A stretch of 64,000 nucleotides of DNA from Octopus bimaculoides. Its lineage: Eukaryota. Both the position numbers and the translations under genes were made by a program. The notes below the pieces were generated by a model, which made no database searches, was not told where the DNA came from, and worked only from the letters and a program-made list of their open reading frames with translations. Positions 1-10,929 of the stretch are shown here, one piece after another; position 1 is the stretch's first letter, and each line of letters starts with the position of its first letter. The DNA lies in assembly GCF_001194135.2 (NCBI RefSeq), contig NC_068983.1, forward strand, positions 13,451,038 through 13,515,037. The letters are read 5' to 3'.

Positions 1-416
1 GAAGACACCTGTCTAGAAGAGTATATGAGGAAAGATGGAAGGAAGTAGGAAGGAAGTTGCGAGTGAGCGGCCCTACTTAAAAACTTTCCTGGAAAAAATA
101 CAAAGGTGTAGACTGGTGTACCCTGGAATTAGGTGTAAACCATTGGTAATATTCCAAGTTTTGTAGAAAAATTTTAAAATATATATATTTTTAAACGTAT
201 ATTTTTTTAAAAAGAAAAGCTAAAAAGACTCACTAAATGACAATTCTTAAATGTTTGTAGTGTCCTGTATTGTCCAATCTATGTAAGATATTTTATTATC
301 GTAATAAAGAGAATAGCAAGCCATCATCTAGAGTTTAATCGCTGATGAATTTTATAAAAAAATTCTGCAAGCAAAACTACAATTTCAACATTTGCTGTTG
401 CATTATTTAAAACAAA

Positions 417-470
417 TAAGACGGTAAGCTGACAGAATCGTCAGCACGCCGGGCGAAATGCTTAGCGGTG
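417..470 (+). mobile_element. SINE family 1 head fragment, truncated at GCTTAGCGGT
   Basis: Matches the 5' ~50 nt of full copies (e.g. 35997-36050: GCTGGCAGAAACGTTAGCACGCCGGGCGAAATGCTTAGCGGT). Confidence 0.75.
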
Positions 471-2100
471 TCTGTGAAGTCAACACGTGAGTTTATGTTG
501 AACTGTTTATTGAATTGTTGTTAGAATTGGTACCAAAGCTGTTGATTCGTTATTTGTTGTTTTGTTTCCCATTGTGGGAAAATGGAGAAGGAGCCGGAGG
601 TAGGCCCAAGTTATGCGGCCGCGACAGGCAAAGGAGTAGACACGCGAGAGTTGGAGGTCCACGAGATAAAAGTAGAGTCTAGAAAGATGAAGGAGAGTGA
701 GAAATTAATCACAAAGGAAGGAAACACTTTGAAGCTGACACCACCTGAAGAGCTATCGGCCAACCTGACAAAAAGAACGGTTATACTTAAAACCATGAAG
801 GCAGCCACGAGAAATATAGAAATAGCACCACTAGAGGTCATAGAGGAATGTGTTAAGAATATAAAAAGATTCACGACATATATTACGAGAGGGAGAAAAT
901 ACACCACTGTGGAGGTGCGCTTCACAACGGAGGAGGAAGCAATAAAGCACTCCACAGAGGCAATAAGGACAGAGGAATGGGTGCTGTTGCCTTCGTACTG
1001 TGGCAAACGTGGCTAAGGTGCCACCCGAATTGAAAGAAGAATGGCTGATGACAGCCATAATATATAATATGAAAGACGGGAAGATTCTGAAGGCTACAAG
1101 GACCCAGAAGGTAGATTACTGGGGATTTGGTATCGAATTAACGATTCAGGCGACAACAGAGGACTTGAGATTGTGCTGCCAGAAGATGTGAGACTGAGAG
1201 TTACTGGGGAGAGTAGGCCGCCCGTGTGTTTCACATGTGGAGAAAGGGGCCACATGAAGGCATGGTGCACCCAAAGAAAGCCACAAACAGAACAGGAGGA
1301 GAGACAGGAGAGTGTGGACCATGTAGTACAGGGCAAGGCAACGTAAAAAGAAGCGGAGAAGGGATTCACTATGGTTAAAAAGAAAAAAAGGAGGAGCGGA
1401 GGAATGAGTTCTCTGCCAGAGAAGCAGAAAAAGAAGAGAGAAGAGGTGAGAAAAGAAACTGTGAAGGAGGGCAGTTGGAAGGAAAAAGAAAAGAAAAAAA
1501 GTGGAGTTACCAGTGGAGAAAGTGTGGGAAACCCAACTGTATGAAGGTGAGATGGAGAGACTATTTATGGAGGAAGAAAAAAGAGAACCAAAAGTCCAAA
1601 AGAAAGGAAAGAAGATACGAGGAGGAGAAGGAGTGTGGTATTATGTAACGTACCCCAAAAATGTTGAAACAGAAAAAAATAATGAAGTTGCATTCAATAG
1701 TAAGAGTGAAGGTGCCTTCACACGTCTCTGCGGAGGATATGAAGGCAATATTGATTGAAGAGGAAAACTACAGAAAATTGAAAGAGATGTGTGGAGATAA
1801 CGTTGAGCCGCCAGGAGTGGAGGTGGAATTTTAAGAGTTGCCACCAGTGGTGGATTTGAGAGATATCGAACCACTGATGAAGTCTACTAAAGACAAAAAA
1901 CAAAAAAGTATGAAATTAAAGGGAAAAAAGAACAATTGTAAATAGAACATATAACGGTTCAAATGGTACTGCATGGGAGTGGTGGCCCATACGTCCATTT
2001 TCATTTTTTTATTTATTTTCATATAACTTTCATTTGTTTTATGTATGTTTTTTGTCCCCACTGTTGTCTTGTCTGTCCTTGTACACAACAGAATAAGTTT
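471..2100 (+). mobile_element. Non-LTR (Tx1/L1-like) ORF1/gag-type element, pseudogenised, no ORF2 visible
   Basis: ORF pieces 582-1016, 1000-1191 and 1501-1758 join by frameshifts and end at TAG 1943-1945. CCHC knuckle CFTCGERGHMKAWC at 1227-1268. K/E-rich low-complexity region. T-rich 3' UTR with TTTGTCCCC motif at 2051. Confidence 0.8.
582..1945 (+). pseudogene. Disrupted gag-like ORF1 with zinc knuckle
   Basis: C-x2-C-x4-H-x4-C at 1227-1268. Several frameshifts and stops along one apparent protein. Confidence 0.75.
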
Positions 2101-2352
2101 AATTTTATTCTTATTGATTTGCTCTGGAGTAAAGCATTATGCACGTGGAATTCGCAGACTATCAGACAGCGATGAAAGCAATCTGGTTGATGTGCATCGT
2201 AAATAAGTCCAAGCCCATAACTAAAGATAGAAAATAGGTACAGAGAAAATTCTAGAGACCTGGCTTTCTAAGAAAGCTCTAAATGTAGTGGTTAGAGTGA
2301 GACCTAAGGAAATACAATACCTGTGACGAGAAAAAGGGAGGAGACATAGAAC

Positions 2353-3162
2353 CTAGCGATCAAAAAGATTCGTTATGCCAAGTTTCATTGTACTGAATAT
2401 TCTCAACTCTTTCACGGGTATGTTGATAGCATTGGCTATTTGATTTATAGTAAATCGCCTGTTCTCCATTGTCATGTGGTGAACACGATCAGTGTTTTTC
2501 CTAGGTGGCTGCAGTTGCAGGAAGTCCAGACCTGGGGTCATCTTCAAGACCCTCTTCTTCTCTTGAATTCAACTGCCCGCTTTTGTACTAATGATAAAAT
2601 TCGAGCGTCATCCCCTAATGTAAGAAAACATAGCAGCATGAATGTCCTTGGGGACTAAGCCTTTTTTTCTGCATGTACATGATAGCCCCATGATGCTAAC
2701 CTTTGTCAATTTTCAAGAAAGGTTGCTACTAGTTACTTCTGAATTCTTTTTTGATCTATCAGATGCCAGTTTACCTGGGAAGAAACAGTGCACTTATTAA
2801 TCGATTACACCCGAAAGGATGAAAGTTAAAATCGACCTTGTTGGAATTTGAACTCATAACGTAAAGACAAATGAAATGCCGCTAAGCATTTTGTTTGACG
2901 TCTTAACGATCCTGCCCGCTCGCAGCCCCCTTATATCTTTTTCTGCATGTATATGATAGCACCACGATGCTAACTTTGTTCATTTTCAAGTAAGATCGCT
3001 ACTAGTTACTTCTGAATTCTTTTTTGATCTATCGGATGCCAATTTACTTGGGAAGAAACAGTGCACTTCTTAATAAGAATCGAAACTAACGCATGCAAGT
3101 TTTCACAGTTCTAGCATCACTCCTTCATAGCCAACCTATGAACTTTTCAGCACCCCCTCGTA
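2353..3162 (-). mobile_element. mariner transposon 5' part (TIR, 5' UTR, N-terminal transposase), interrupted by a SINE fragment
   Basis: Minus-strand translation includes MQKKGLVPKDIHA, EDDPRSG and DRVHHMTMENRRFTINQIAN, resembling the mariner HTH region. TIR CGAGGGGGTGCTGAAAAGTTC at 3140-3160 followed by TA. Confidence 0.85.
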
Positions 3163-3609
3163 TGTATATGTGAAGCTAGATGTTAGTATATCTAAGAAAT
3201 TAGTACACGTGTTTACGCGTGTGACAAGTCTAATTTATATAGATGCGAATAAGCTTTTATCAAGTGGCATGAATAAAAACCGTGTTTTTAGTCAAGTACA
3301 TTTTTATAGACGGATTAGTTTATCAGACAGTAAGACAGAGAATTCTTTAATTCTTTCAGTTACATATTTTCCTGTCCGTTAATTTGCTATTCGGATTCTA
3401 GCATTGTCTTTTATCAATGTTAAGTAGATTTTGGTTGTGCAATCAAGATTTGGAATTCAAAAATCTCGACATGAATAAATGGAAGCTGTTGTTTAACACC
3501 AGATTAACCATAATTGAGAAGATCTATAATCAAAAACTTCATTAGCTGGTTGTTTTCGTTTTCTTCGACATTGGTCTACAATAACAGTTCAATATTAGGA
3601 GTAGATCGA

Positions 3610-3775
3610 GGGTGGCGAGCTTACCAGAATCGTTAGTTCACCGAGCAAACTGCTCGTCCTTTTTAAGCTTTGAGTTCAAATTCCGTTGACGTCGATAAAA
3701 TAGGTACTAGGGTCGATTTAATTGAGTTCTCCCCTCCCATAAAATTGCTGACCTTGTGCCAAACTTTTAAACCAA
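3610..3775 (+). mobile_element. SINE family 1, degenerate
   Basis: GGTGGCGAGCTTACCAGAATCGTTAG head, GAGTTCAAATTCC B-box, GTCGATAAAATAGGTAC domain. Confidence 0.7.
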
Positions 3776-3986
3776 TGTTAGTTATGTAACTGAAGGAATT
3801 AAAGAATTCACTGTCTTACTGTCTGATAAACTAATCCGTCTATAAAAATGTACTTGACTAAAAACACGGTTTTTATTCATGCCACTTGATAAAAGCTTAT
3901 TCGCATCTATATAAATTAGACTTGTCACACGCGTAAACACGTGTACTAATTTCTTAGATATACTTACATCTAGCTTCACATATACA

Positions 3987-4215
3987 TACGAGGGGGTGCT
4001 GAAAAGTTCATAGGTTGGCTATGAAGGCGTGATGCTAGAACTGTGAAAACTTGCATGCGTTAATTTCAATTCTTATTAATAAGTGCACTGTTTCTTCCCA
4101 AGTAAACTGGCATTTGATAGACCAAAAAAGAATTCAGAAGTAACTAGTAGTGACCTTTCTTGAAAATGAACAAAGTTAGCAACGTGGGGCTATCGTGTAC
4201 ATGCAGAAAAAGATA
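3987..4215 (+). mobile_element. mariner 5' end (mirror copy)
   Basis: TA + CGAGGGGGTGCTGAAAAGTTC TIR at 3987-4009, then the same 5' UTR and start region as 2935-3162. Confidence 0.85.
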
Positions 4216-4217
4216 TA

Positions 4218-4395
4218 AGGGGGCTGCGAGCGGGCAGGATCGTTGAGACGTCAAACAAAATGCTTCATTTCTCTTTACGTTATGAGTTCAAATTCCAACA
4301 AGGTCGATTTTAACTTTCACCATTTCAGATGTAATCGACTTGCCTTCTACCCAACAAAATTTCAGACCTTGTGTCTTTGTGTTTCTAGTAGAAAG
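4218..4395 (+). mobile_element. SINE family 1 inserted in mariner
   Basis: Head, GAGTTCAAATTCC B-box, GGTCGATTTTAACTTTCA domain and short tail. Confidence 0.75.
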
Positions 4396-4489
4396 GATAG
4401 CATGTTTGTGTGTGTATGCATGTACGTACGTTCGTGTGTATGTATATACGTACGTATGTATGTTAGTGTATGCGTACTGTAGAAAGTAG

Positions 4490-4860
4490 TGGAGGCGCAA
4501 TGGCCCAGTGGTTAGGGCAGCGGACTCGCGGTTTCAATTCCCAGACCGGGCGTTGTGAGTGTTTATTCAGCGAAAACACCTAAAGCTCCACGTTGCTCCG
4601 GCAGGGGATGGTGGCGAACCTTGCTGTACTCTTTCACCACAACTTTCTCTCACTCTCACTTCCTATTTCTGTTGTGCCTGTAATTCAAAGGGTCAGCCTT
4701 GTCACACTATGTCACGCTGAATATCCCCGAGAACTACGTTAAGGGTACACGTGTCTGTGGAGTGCTCAGCCACGTGCACGTTAATTTCACGAGCATGTTC
4801 CGCTGATCGGATCGACTGGAACCCTCGACGACGTAAGTGACGGAGTGCCAACAACAACAA
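4490..4860 (+). mobile_element. SINE family 3 (tRNA-derived head, (CAA)n tail)
   Basis: GTGGAGGCGCAATGGCCCAGTGGTTAGGGCAGCGGACTCGCGG head. Ends GACGGAGTGCCAACAACAAC. At least 6 further copies in the window. Confidence 0.9.
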
Positions 4861-5206
4861 TTATACAAAGTATGTACTGAGTTTGCAAAATATGAAATAT
4901 TACATCTTATCAAATATATATCTTTGGCTGATTGCTGTTATACAATATTATTAGATTATATATTAAGCCTTTGCGAAGAACGATAGCTAGATTTTAAACG
5001 TTTACCAAATTTACAGACACCTAATATAACATCTATCTTTCAGAAAATGAAAAATAGAGGTGACCTTGATAAATTATTCTTTCAGAGATACTTTATATTC
5101 GAACTAAATGTATTCTATTTTAAATACAGTGTTTAAAATGGACAAAGAACTTAAACTTATATTCAGAAAATCAACTCTGTTCAGATTAATAATTATTGAT
5201 TTAAAA

Positions 5207-5403
5207 TTTTGGCACAAGGTTAACAATTTTGGAGGAGGGATAAGTCTATTACTTTGACCCCAGTGCATGCTCAACTCGTGCTTATTTAATCGACCCTGGA
5301 AGGATGAGAGGCAAAGTCAACCTCGGTGGAATATAGAACGTAGAGACGGGCGAAATGCCGCATGGCATTTTGTCTGGCGTGCTAATGATTCTGACTTCTC
5401 GCC
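5207..5403 (-). mobile_element. SINE family 1
   Basis: Reverse-complement match to the family 1 body. Confidence 0.75.
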
Positions 5404-5691
5404 TCCTTATTACGATCCTTATTGCTTTTGTAAGGACGACCATGGCCGGCCGGTTCTATAATCAAACTGCATTCCATCGGCGGGTATTTCGTCCTTTTCT
5501 AAAGCTGAGACTACTCTCACCAACATGATCTTCCTATATTAAAGACGGTACGGTATGATCTAATGGAAATTTGGCTCCGCTATTTTTACCAAAATCGAAC
5601 AACTACAAACAGATTCTATATTTAAGAGATGAGGAATTCTGTACATTATTTACATTATTTACATTCGACGGATATTTGTCCTCATCTTGTT

Positions 5692-5935
5692 TCGGGCATA
5701 TGGCGTAGTGGTTAAGAGAGCGGGCTACTAACCCAAAGATTCCGAGTTCGATCCCAAGCAATGACCTGAACACTAATAATAATGATGATAATAATAAGAA
5801 GAAGAATACTTTAGGAATGAGAACCCAGGTTCGAAATTTCCCAAGACACCTGAGGAAGGCTGGAGGGTATATCAGCCGAAACGTATTAACAAGCAAGATC
5901 AGGACAAATATCCGTCAAATGTAAATAATGAACTA
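5692..5935 (+). mobile_element. tRNA-headed SINE with internal (AAT)n and a hammerhead-like 3' module
   Basis: A-box TGGCGTAGTGG 5701-5711, B-box GTTCGATCC 5746-5754. CTGAGGA-A-GGCTG..CAGCC-GAAAC at 5850-5882. Confidence 0.75.
5845..5890 (+). ncRNA. Hammerhead ribozyme-like motif (stem I not formed in this copy)
   Basis: Core CTGAGGA, stem II GGCTG/CAGCC, GAAA, palindromic ACGT, GUA triplet. Confidence 0.55.
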
Positions 5936-6054
5936 CAGCTTCCTCATAGGTCGGTTTTCTTAATTTTCATTGGTCACCTTAGCAATGAGATATGTAGAAT
6001 TTCGTCGACGTTTCTGTAATTAGATAACATAATATAAAAATTCTTACAAACTAT

Positions 6055-6254
6055 GGCACCTGACCAGAGATTTTAGTGGAAGAAGTCGGTTAAATCGCCC
6101 CCAGTGTTCAACTGGTACTTATTTAATTATTCCCAAAAGAATGAATAGCAAAATTGAACTCAGGAAGATTTGCCTTTCAGAACGTAAAGAGCCGGAAGAA
6201 GTGTTGCTTAGCATTTTGTTCGAAGCGTTAAAGATTCTGCCAGCTCACCGCCTT
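6055..6254 (-). mobile_element. SINE family 1
   Basis: Reverse-complement match, head ending ...CCAGCTCACCGCCTT. Confidence 0.8.
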
Positions 6255-6282
6255 ATAACAATAAACACATATACACACTCAT

Positions 6283-6331
<49 letters not shown>

Positions 6332-7681
6332 CATATTCTTTTATTCTTTTATATGGTTGAGCCTTGAGGCTGTGACCATATATGTATATATGTAAAGAAA
6401 ACATAGTGATTTGGGTTAATGGCACTTGTCCTGCAGTTTTATAGCGCTAATTAATCAGAACAAATTACCTGATTTTCTCATTATACGTAGTCCTTTAAGA
6501 AATGTAATTAGTCTGAGAACTTCACAAGTTGACATTAGAATTGTGACATTTACGATGTTGTTGTTTTGTTGTTGTTTAACCCCAGGACAGTCTAAGACAG
6601 TTGTGACTTAAATAGTTGACTGCTATGTCTTGCAAGACACGCACCGCATTGAAGCTTCTTGTGCTATTCAGATCAACCAGAAAACAAGATAGCTCTCATC
6701 AAAGACGTTTCAGTGGTGCCATTGTTGCTCCGTTACTGAAAGCAGTAGTTTGTTGTGATTTAAGGACATTTCACTGCTATTTCTTGCAGGACACTACCCC
6801 ATTGAAGCGTCCTTTTATGTTATTTAAAAAGGTACCGGCAAATCGCTTTCTACTCGGCTTCCCTTCAAGATTTACTTCACTTCCGACCCACCACAACTCC
6901 GCAAAAATTAAATGGCGGCGACCGAGAAATTAATAACGTGTTAGCTGTGCTTTGGCTTCTGTACTAGCTGTACGATGGTTAATTTTTTCCTGCCAAAGTT
7001 AATTGCCTTGCTTAAGAACAGTATATTCGGGAAGGTTTATTAATAAATTCATGACCTACATTTAAACAACCATTGAAATGAGAGACTAGCAACACCTTAT
7101 ACATTCAACCATAGAAAGAAACACTCGCTTATCTCGTATAATAATGTCGAAAATTAGAGTATGAGTAAAAAAGAACACATTATCACTGATAACCTCCTGT
7201 CTTTCATTTTATTTTTCGTAGAAAGCAATTACGATTTCCTGTGAAAGACTTAATGATATTTTGAGATATATTTCGAAACACATGGCCGGTTTCCTTATCT
7301 CTATTAACGACATACTACTTAAGACAAACACCTCTATAACCTCTTAACTATATCTATCAAGTAAAGATTATACTGTAATATGTAGGCTGATAGTCACTGA
7401 GCAATAAGTCAGTGTCAAACATGTGTATGTTAGAAAAAGAGAATATCTGTACATGCATATGTTTGTGCGTTTGTATGAAGTTGCATGTCTGTGTTTATAT
7501 GAATGAATAGGTATATTCTCTTATGAACTGTTATGCCTACGTTTATGCAATGTTGTATGTGTGTGTCCATACGTACGTCACTGTTTAAGTGTGTGCATTT
7601 ATATGAAGTCTTATGTCGGCCATATTGATATTAGTATTGTGTGTATATACACAGACAGACACACACGCACACATATATATG

Positions 7682-7719
<38 letters not shown>

Positions 7720-7790
7720 CGGAGTAAGCACATGAAATGTGCAACAACGTGGGAAAAAGAGTACTTAAATACCAGAGGTAGAGTAATATG

Positions 7791-7904
7791 CTTTATTTAA
7801 AAGCAGCAGAAATATAACAAAAAACTGTTACTCGGAGTTTCACGTTCATCGGACAGTTTATTTTATTTCGTTTTTTGTTATATTTCTGCTGCTTTTAAAT
7901 AAAG
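7791..7904. repeat. Perfect 35-bp inverted repeat with 44-nt spacer, between (TA)n arrays
   Basis: 7791-7825 is the exact reverse complement of 7870-7904. Confidence 0.95.
7822..7859 (-). ncRNA. Minimal type-I hammerhead-like motif (U4C core, collapsed stem II)
   Basis: Minus strand: AAACTGT-CCGATGA-ACGT-GAAAC-TCCGA-GTA-ACAGTTT. Stem I is a perfect 7 bp. Confidence 0.65.
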
Positions 7905-7915
7905 TATATATATAC

Positions 7916-7973
<58 letters not shown>

Positions 7974-7974
7974 T

Positions 7975-8875
7975 GGATTGATATACAAGTGGGCCGAAAT
8001 AATCAACATGCAGTTTAATGCTGGAATATTTCAAGCATTGCACTATCAACTCATGAATGCACTACAGCTTGCATATACAGGACCCAAAGGCAATAAAATC
8101 TCAGAGCCACAGGCAGTGAATGACTTGGGGATCAGTATGTGCAATGATGCATCATTTTATATGCACATTAGCAAGATGGCAGGATGGATACTGAGGTCCT
8201 TCAACACTAGAGACCAAAAAACTACGTGGAGAACCTTTGTTCTCAGCCGCCTGAACTACTGATCCCAGTTATGGTCACCACATAATGCCAAACTAACAGC
8301 GGAGCTTGAGGTAGTCCAAAGCTACGATACTAAACAGATTGAAACAGTGCAGTTGATGAGATACAAGGATAGGCTGAGAAAACTGCAACTTTACTTCCTG
8401 GAGCGAAAGTGTGAGAGATTCAACAATCTACATACGGAAAACTCTAGAAGGGCTAGTACGGTGTTATACCAATGCCAGAACTGGTCGCCATTGTATTGTA
8501 CCAAAGGTATCATCCACTCTATCGAAATTCAGGACCAGGTAGTGCAATAGTCTAGGGTTCGAAAGCTTACAGATCTTCAAATCTCTGCCACAAAAATTAA
8601 GAAATCTGCATAAGATGGACGTAGATGTCTTCAAAAATGAAGTCGACATCCTCTTCTCCACAATACCGGATGACACAATAGCCCGACATGAGGTGCAAGC
8701 GAGGGCAGCAGAATCAAACTCCTTTATAAACCAAATGGGCCAACAGCTGGAACAGAGGCAGATAGAGGAGTGGTGATGAGAAACAGTCCAGACTGAGGAA
8801 ATCAGAGAGACCACGGTGGTGCTCCAGCATGACTGCAGCCGCATGGCTGAAACGAGTAAAAGAATAAAAGAATAT
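7975..8875 (+). mobile_element. CR1/L2-group LINE, 5'-truncated degenerate 3' end
   Basis: Translation DLGISMCND...GWILRSFNTRD...VLSRLNY*SQLWSP...RYKDRLRKLQLYFLERK resembles the post-RT region of CR1/L2 ORF2. Terminal stem-loop and (TAAAAGAA)n tail. Confidence 0.8.
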
Positions 8876-9719
8876 ATATATTATAACAAATTATATTGTG
8901 TTGTGTAATATAGATTGTATATAGCCCGTCCATCTATGCATGCTACGTAATTTAATAGACTTCATAAATAACACTGGCTAAACATTCTTAACCGCCCGAG
9001 AAATACACACGTAAGCTTAGATATTACTTGATAAATCAATTATTGCCTCCCCTTAACCACAAATACTTGTAACTGTCCCTCTATTACAATACACACTTCC
9101 AATCTGTTTGGATATAAGCGACCTTGATGCTGTTAGGATGTAAGCCAAAACTTGATCAACCCCCAACTGCGCCATCAGGGTGACTATTGTCTGATACTGA
9201 AAGACTCGAAATTTCTTCCCTTCATTAAAAAATTGAATTACATATACATACAGATACGTGGGTGTGTGGTGCGTTTGTATGTGGCAGGGAGGTACAGTAT
9301 TTCTGAATGGGCAAAGTGTTACGAAGTTCACTTCACGATCATGATATGCTGGATTCGATCTCAGTGCGTGAAATCGTGGGCAAATATCATTTTCTATAGA
9401 CTCGGAGTGACGTTTGCCTTGTAAGTGAGGTTTGACAGGCGAAAACAGTTAAGAAACTCATTCGGTGTATTATGCTTGGAATTCAAAATACAACCTTATC
9501 CCAAAACACACTGTGTCGCGTTAATTCTGCGCGAGATTTGCAACGTTTCTGTGTAATGTCAAACTACTTTCACGTTAATACAGGAGGAAGTAATTCAGTT
9601 GTTTGAACAACCGAATCCCTATCAGTTATTGTCGAACGAAACAGGCCCACCACTATCGTATACATATGTATGTGTGTGAGTGTGTGCGAGTGCCATCGTA
9701 TGAAAGTTTATGTGTGTAA

Positions 9720-9750
<31 letters not shown>

Positions 9751-9916
9751 GGTGCGTGTGTGTGTGTGTGTGTATACATACAGATATACAGGTATATATA
9801 GCAACTGGCAGCAGGAACGGTCCCCAGTCAAATTTCCCAAGTGTGTGTGTGTGTGTGTGTGTGTCTATATGTGTATGTATATATATATGTGTAATGGACT
9901 CTCCCATCATGTGTCC

Positions 9917-9952
<36 letters not shown>

Positions 9953-9973
9953 TCTGTTAAAGTCTGTCATACC

Positions 9974-10017
9974 GGCCATGATGAAATACCACAAGGTATG
10001 GAAAATACGTATTCGCC
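9974..10017 (+). ncRNA. Degenerate minimal hammerhead-like motif
   Basis: GGC-C(A)TGATGA-A-ATACC/GGTAT-G-GAAA-palindrome AATACGTATT-C-GCC. Confidence 0.45.
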
Positions 10018-10310
10018 TTTATATATTTAATCCTTTATATTGAACACTCAATATTTCATTTATTCAATAAGACATATTCCATATATTCAATAAGACATTC
10101 AATACTTTATTTCATTGTACCATCCATTTTTATTTTATATTATATATTGTATATTATATTATATATTCCATATTCTATATCCCACATTGGTTTTGCAGGA
10201 ATATAAATAAAACATAAAAAACAGACAGTGTTGGAACTCTTTTAAACAAAATAATATATTCCTCTATACACAATCATACAAAACCCCTTTTTTTGTATTT
10301 ATTTTTACTC

Positions 10311-10358
<48 letters not shown>

Positions 10359-10929
10359 AAACTATCGGTCTGTTGTGATGTGCGCACGTATGTGCGTGTG
10401 CGTGTGAGAGTAAATAATCAATATCTTTCGGGCAGTAAACTCTTGAAAAAGACTGAAAATATATTTAGTGTCATTGTAGTCACATTCAAAAGGGCAACAA
10501 AAATATCGGTAAAAAATTACAAAAGTAACACGATATAAAAAAACAAAACAGTTAAGAAAATAGAAGGCAGGAGAGGTGGCCACGTTTTTCTTATCAGTTT
10601 CTTATGTGTTTTTCATTTGCTCTAATGTTTTTACTATAAACAAATTGACATTAACTCACTTATTTTTTTCCAATATTTCTGAAGAGCTATTAAAATGGCG
10701 AATCGACTCTACAGCTTTGTAAGATTTTGTATTTAATGATATCAGCTCAGGAGTTCTACATCAATAGGTGGGTGCGGGAAGGAACCGACTGAGACAACAA
10801 TAACGAATGTAACAAACGGGATATTTTCCTTTAATCAACACACTAAAGAAGTAACTGTTTTTGTATTTAGGACAAAGAAGTTCGCCAGTGGTGCACCATA
10901 TATATACATACATACATAGATACATACGT

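Larger units (their letters stand above)
2801..4338. repeat. Large inverted duplication (arms 2801-3366 and 3783-4338, 416-bp spacer)
   Basis: ORFs 3170-3382(+) and 3782-3979(-) are near-identical. Both arms carry the mariner 5' end, a SINE1 piece and flanking DNA. Confidence 0.95.

Noticed and set aside
4490-4560. tRNA genes at SINE heads (also 5692, 24900, 37350, 41727, 50530)
   Set aside because: A/B boxes are present but there is no acceptor stem or terminator, and the heads continue into SINE bodies.
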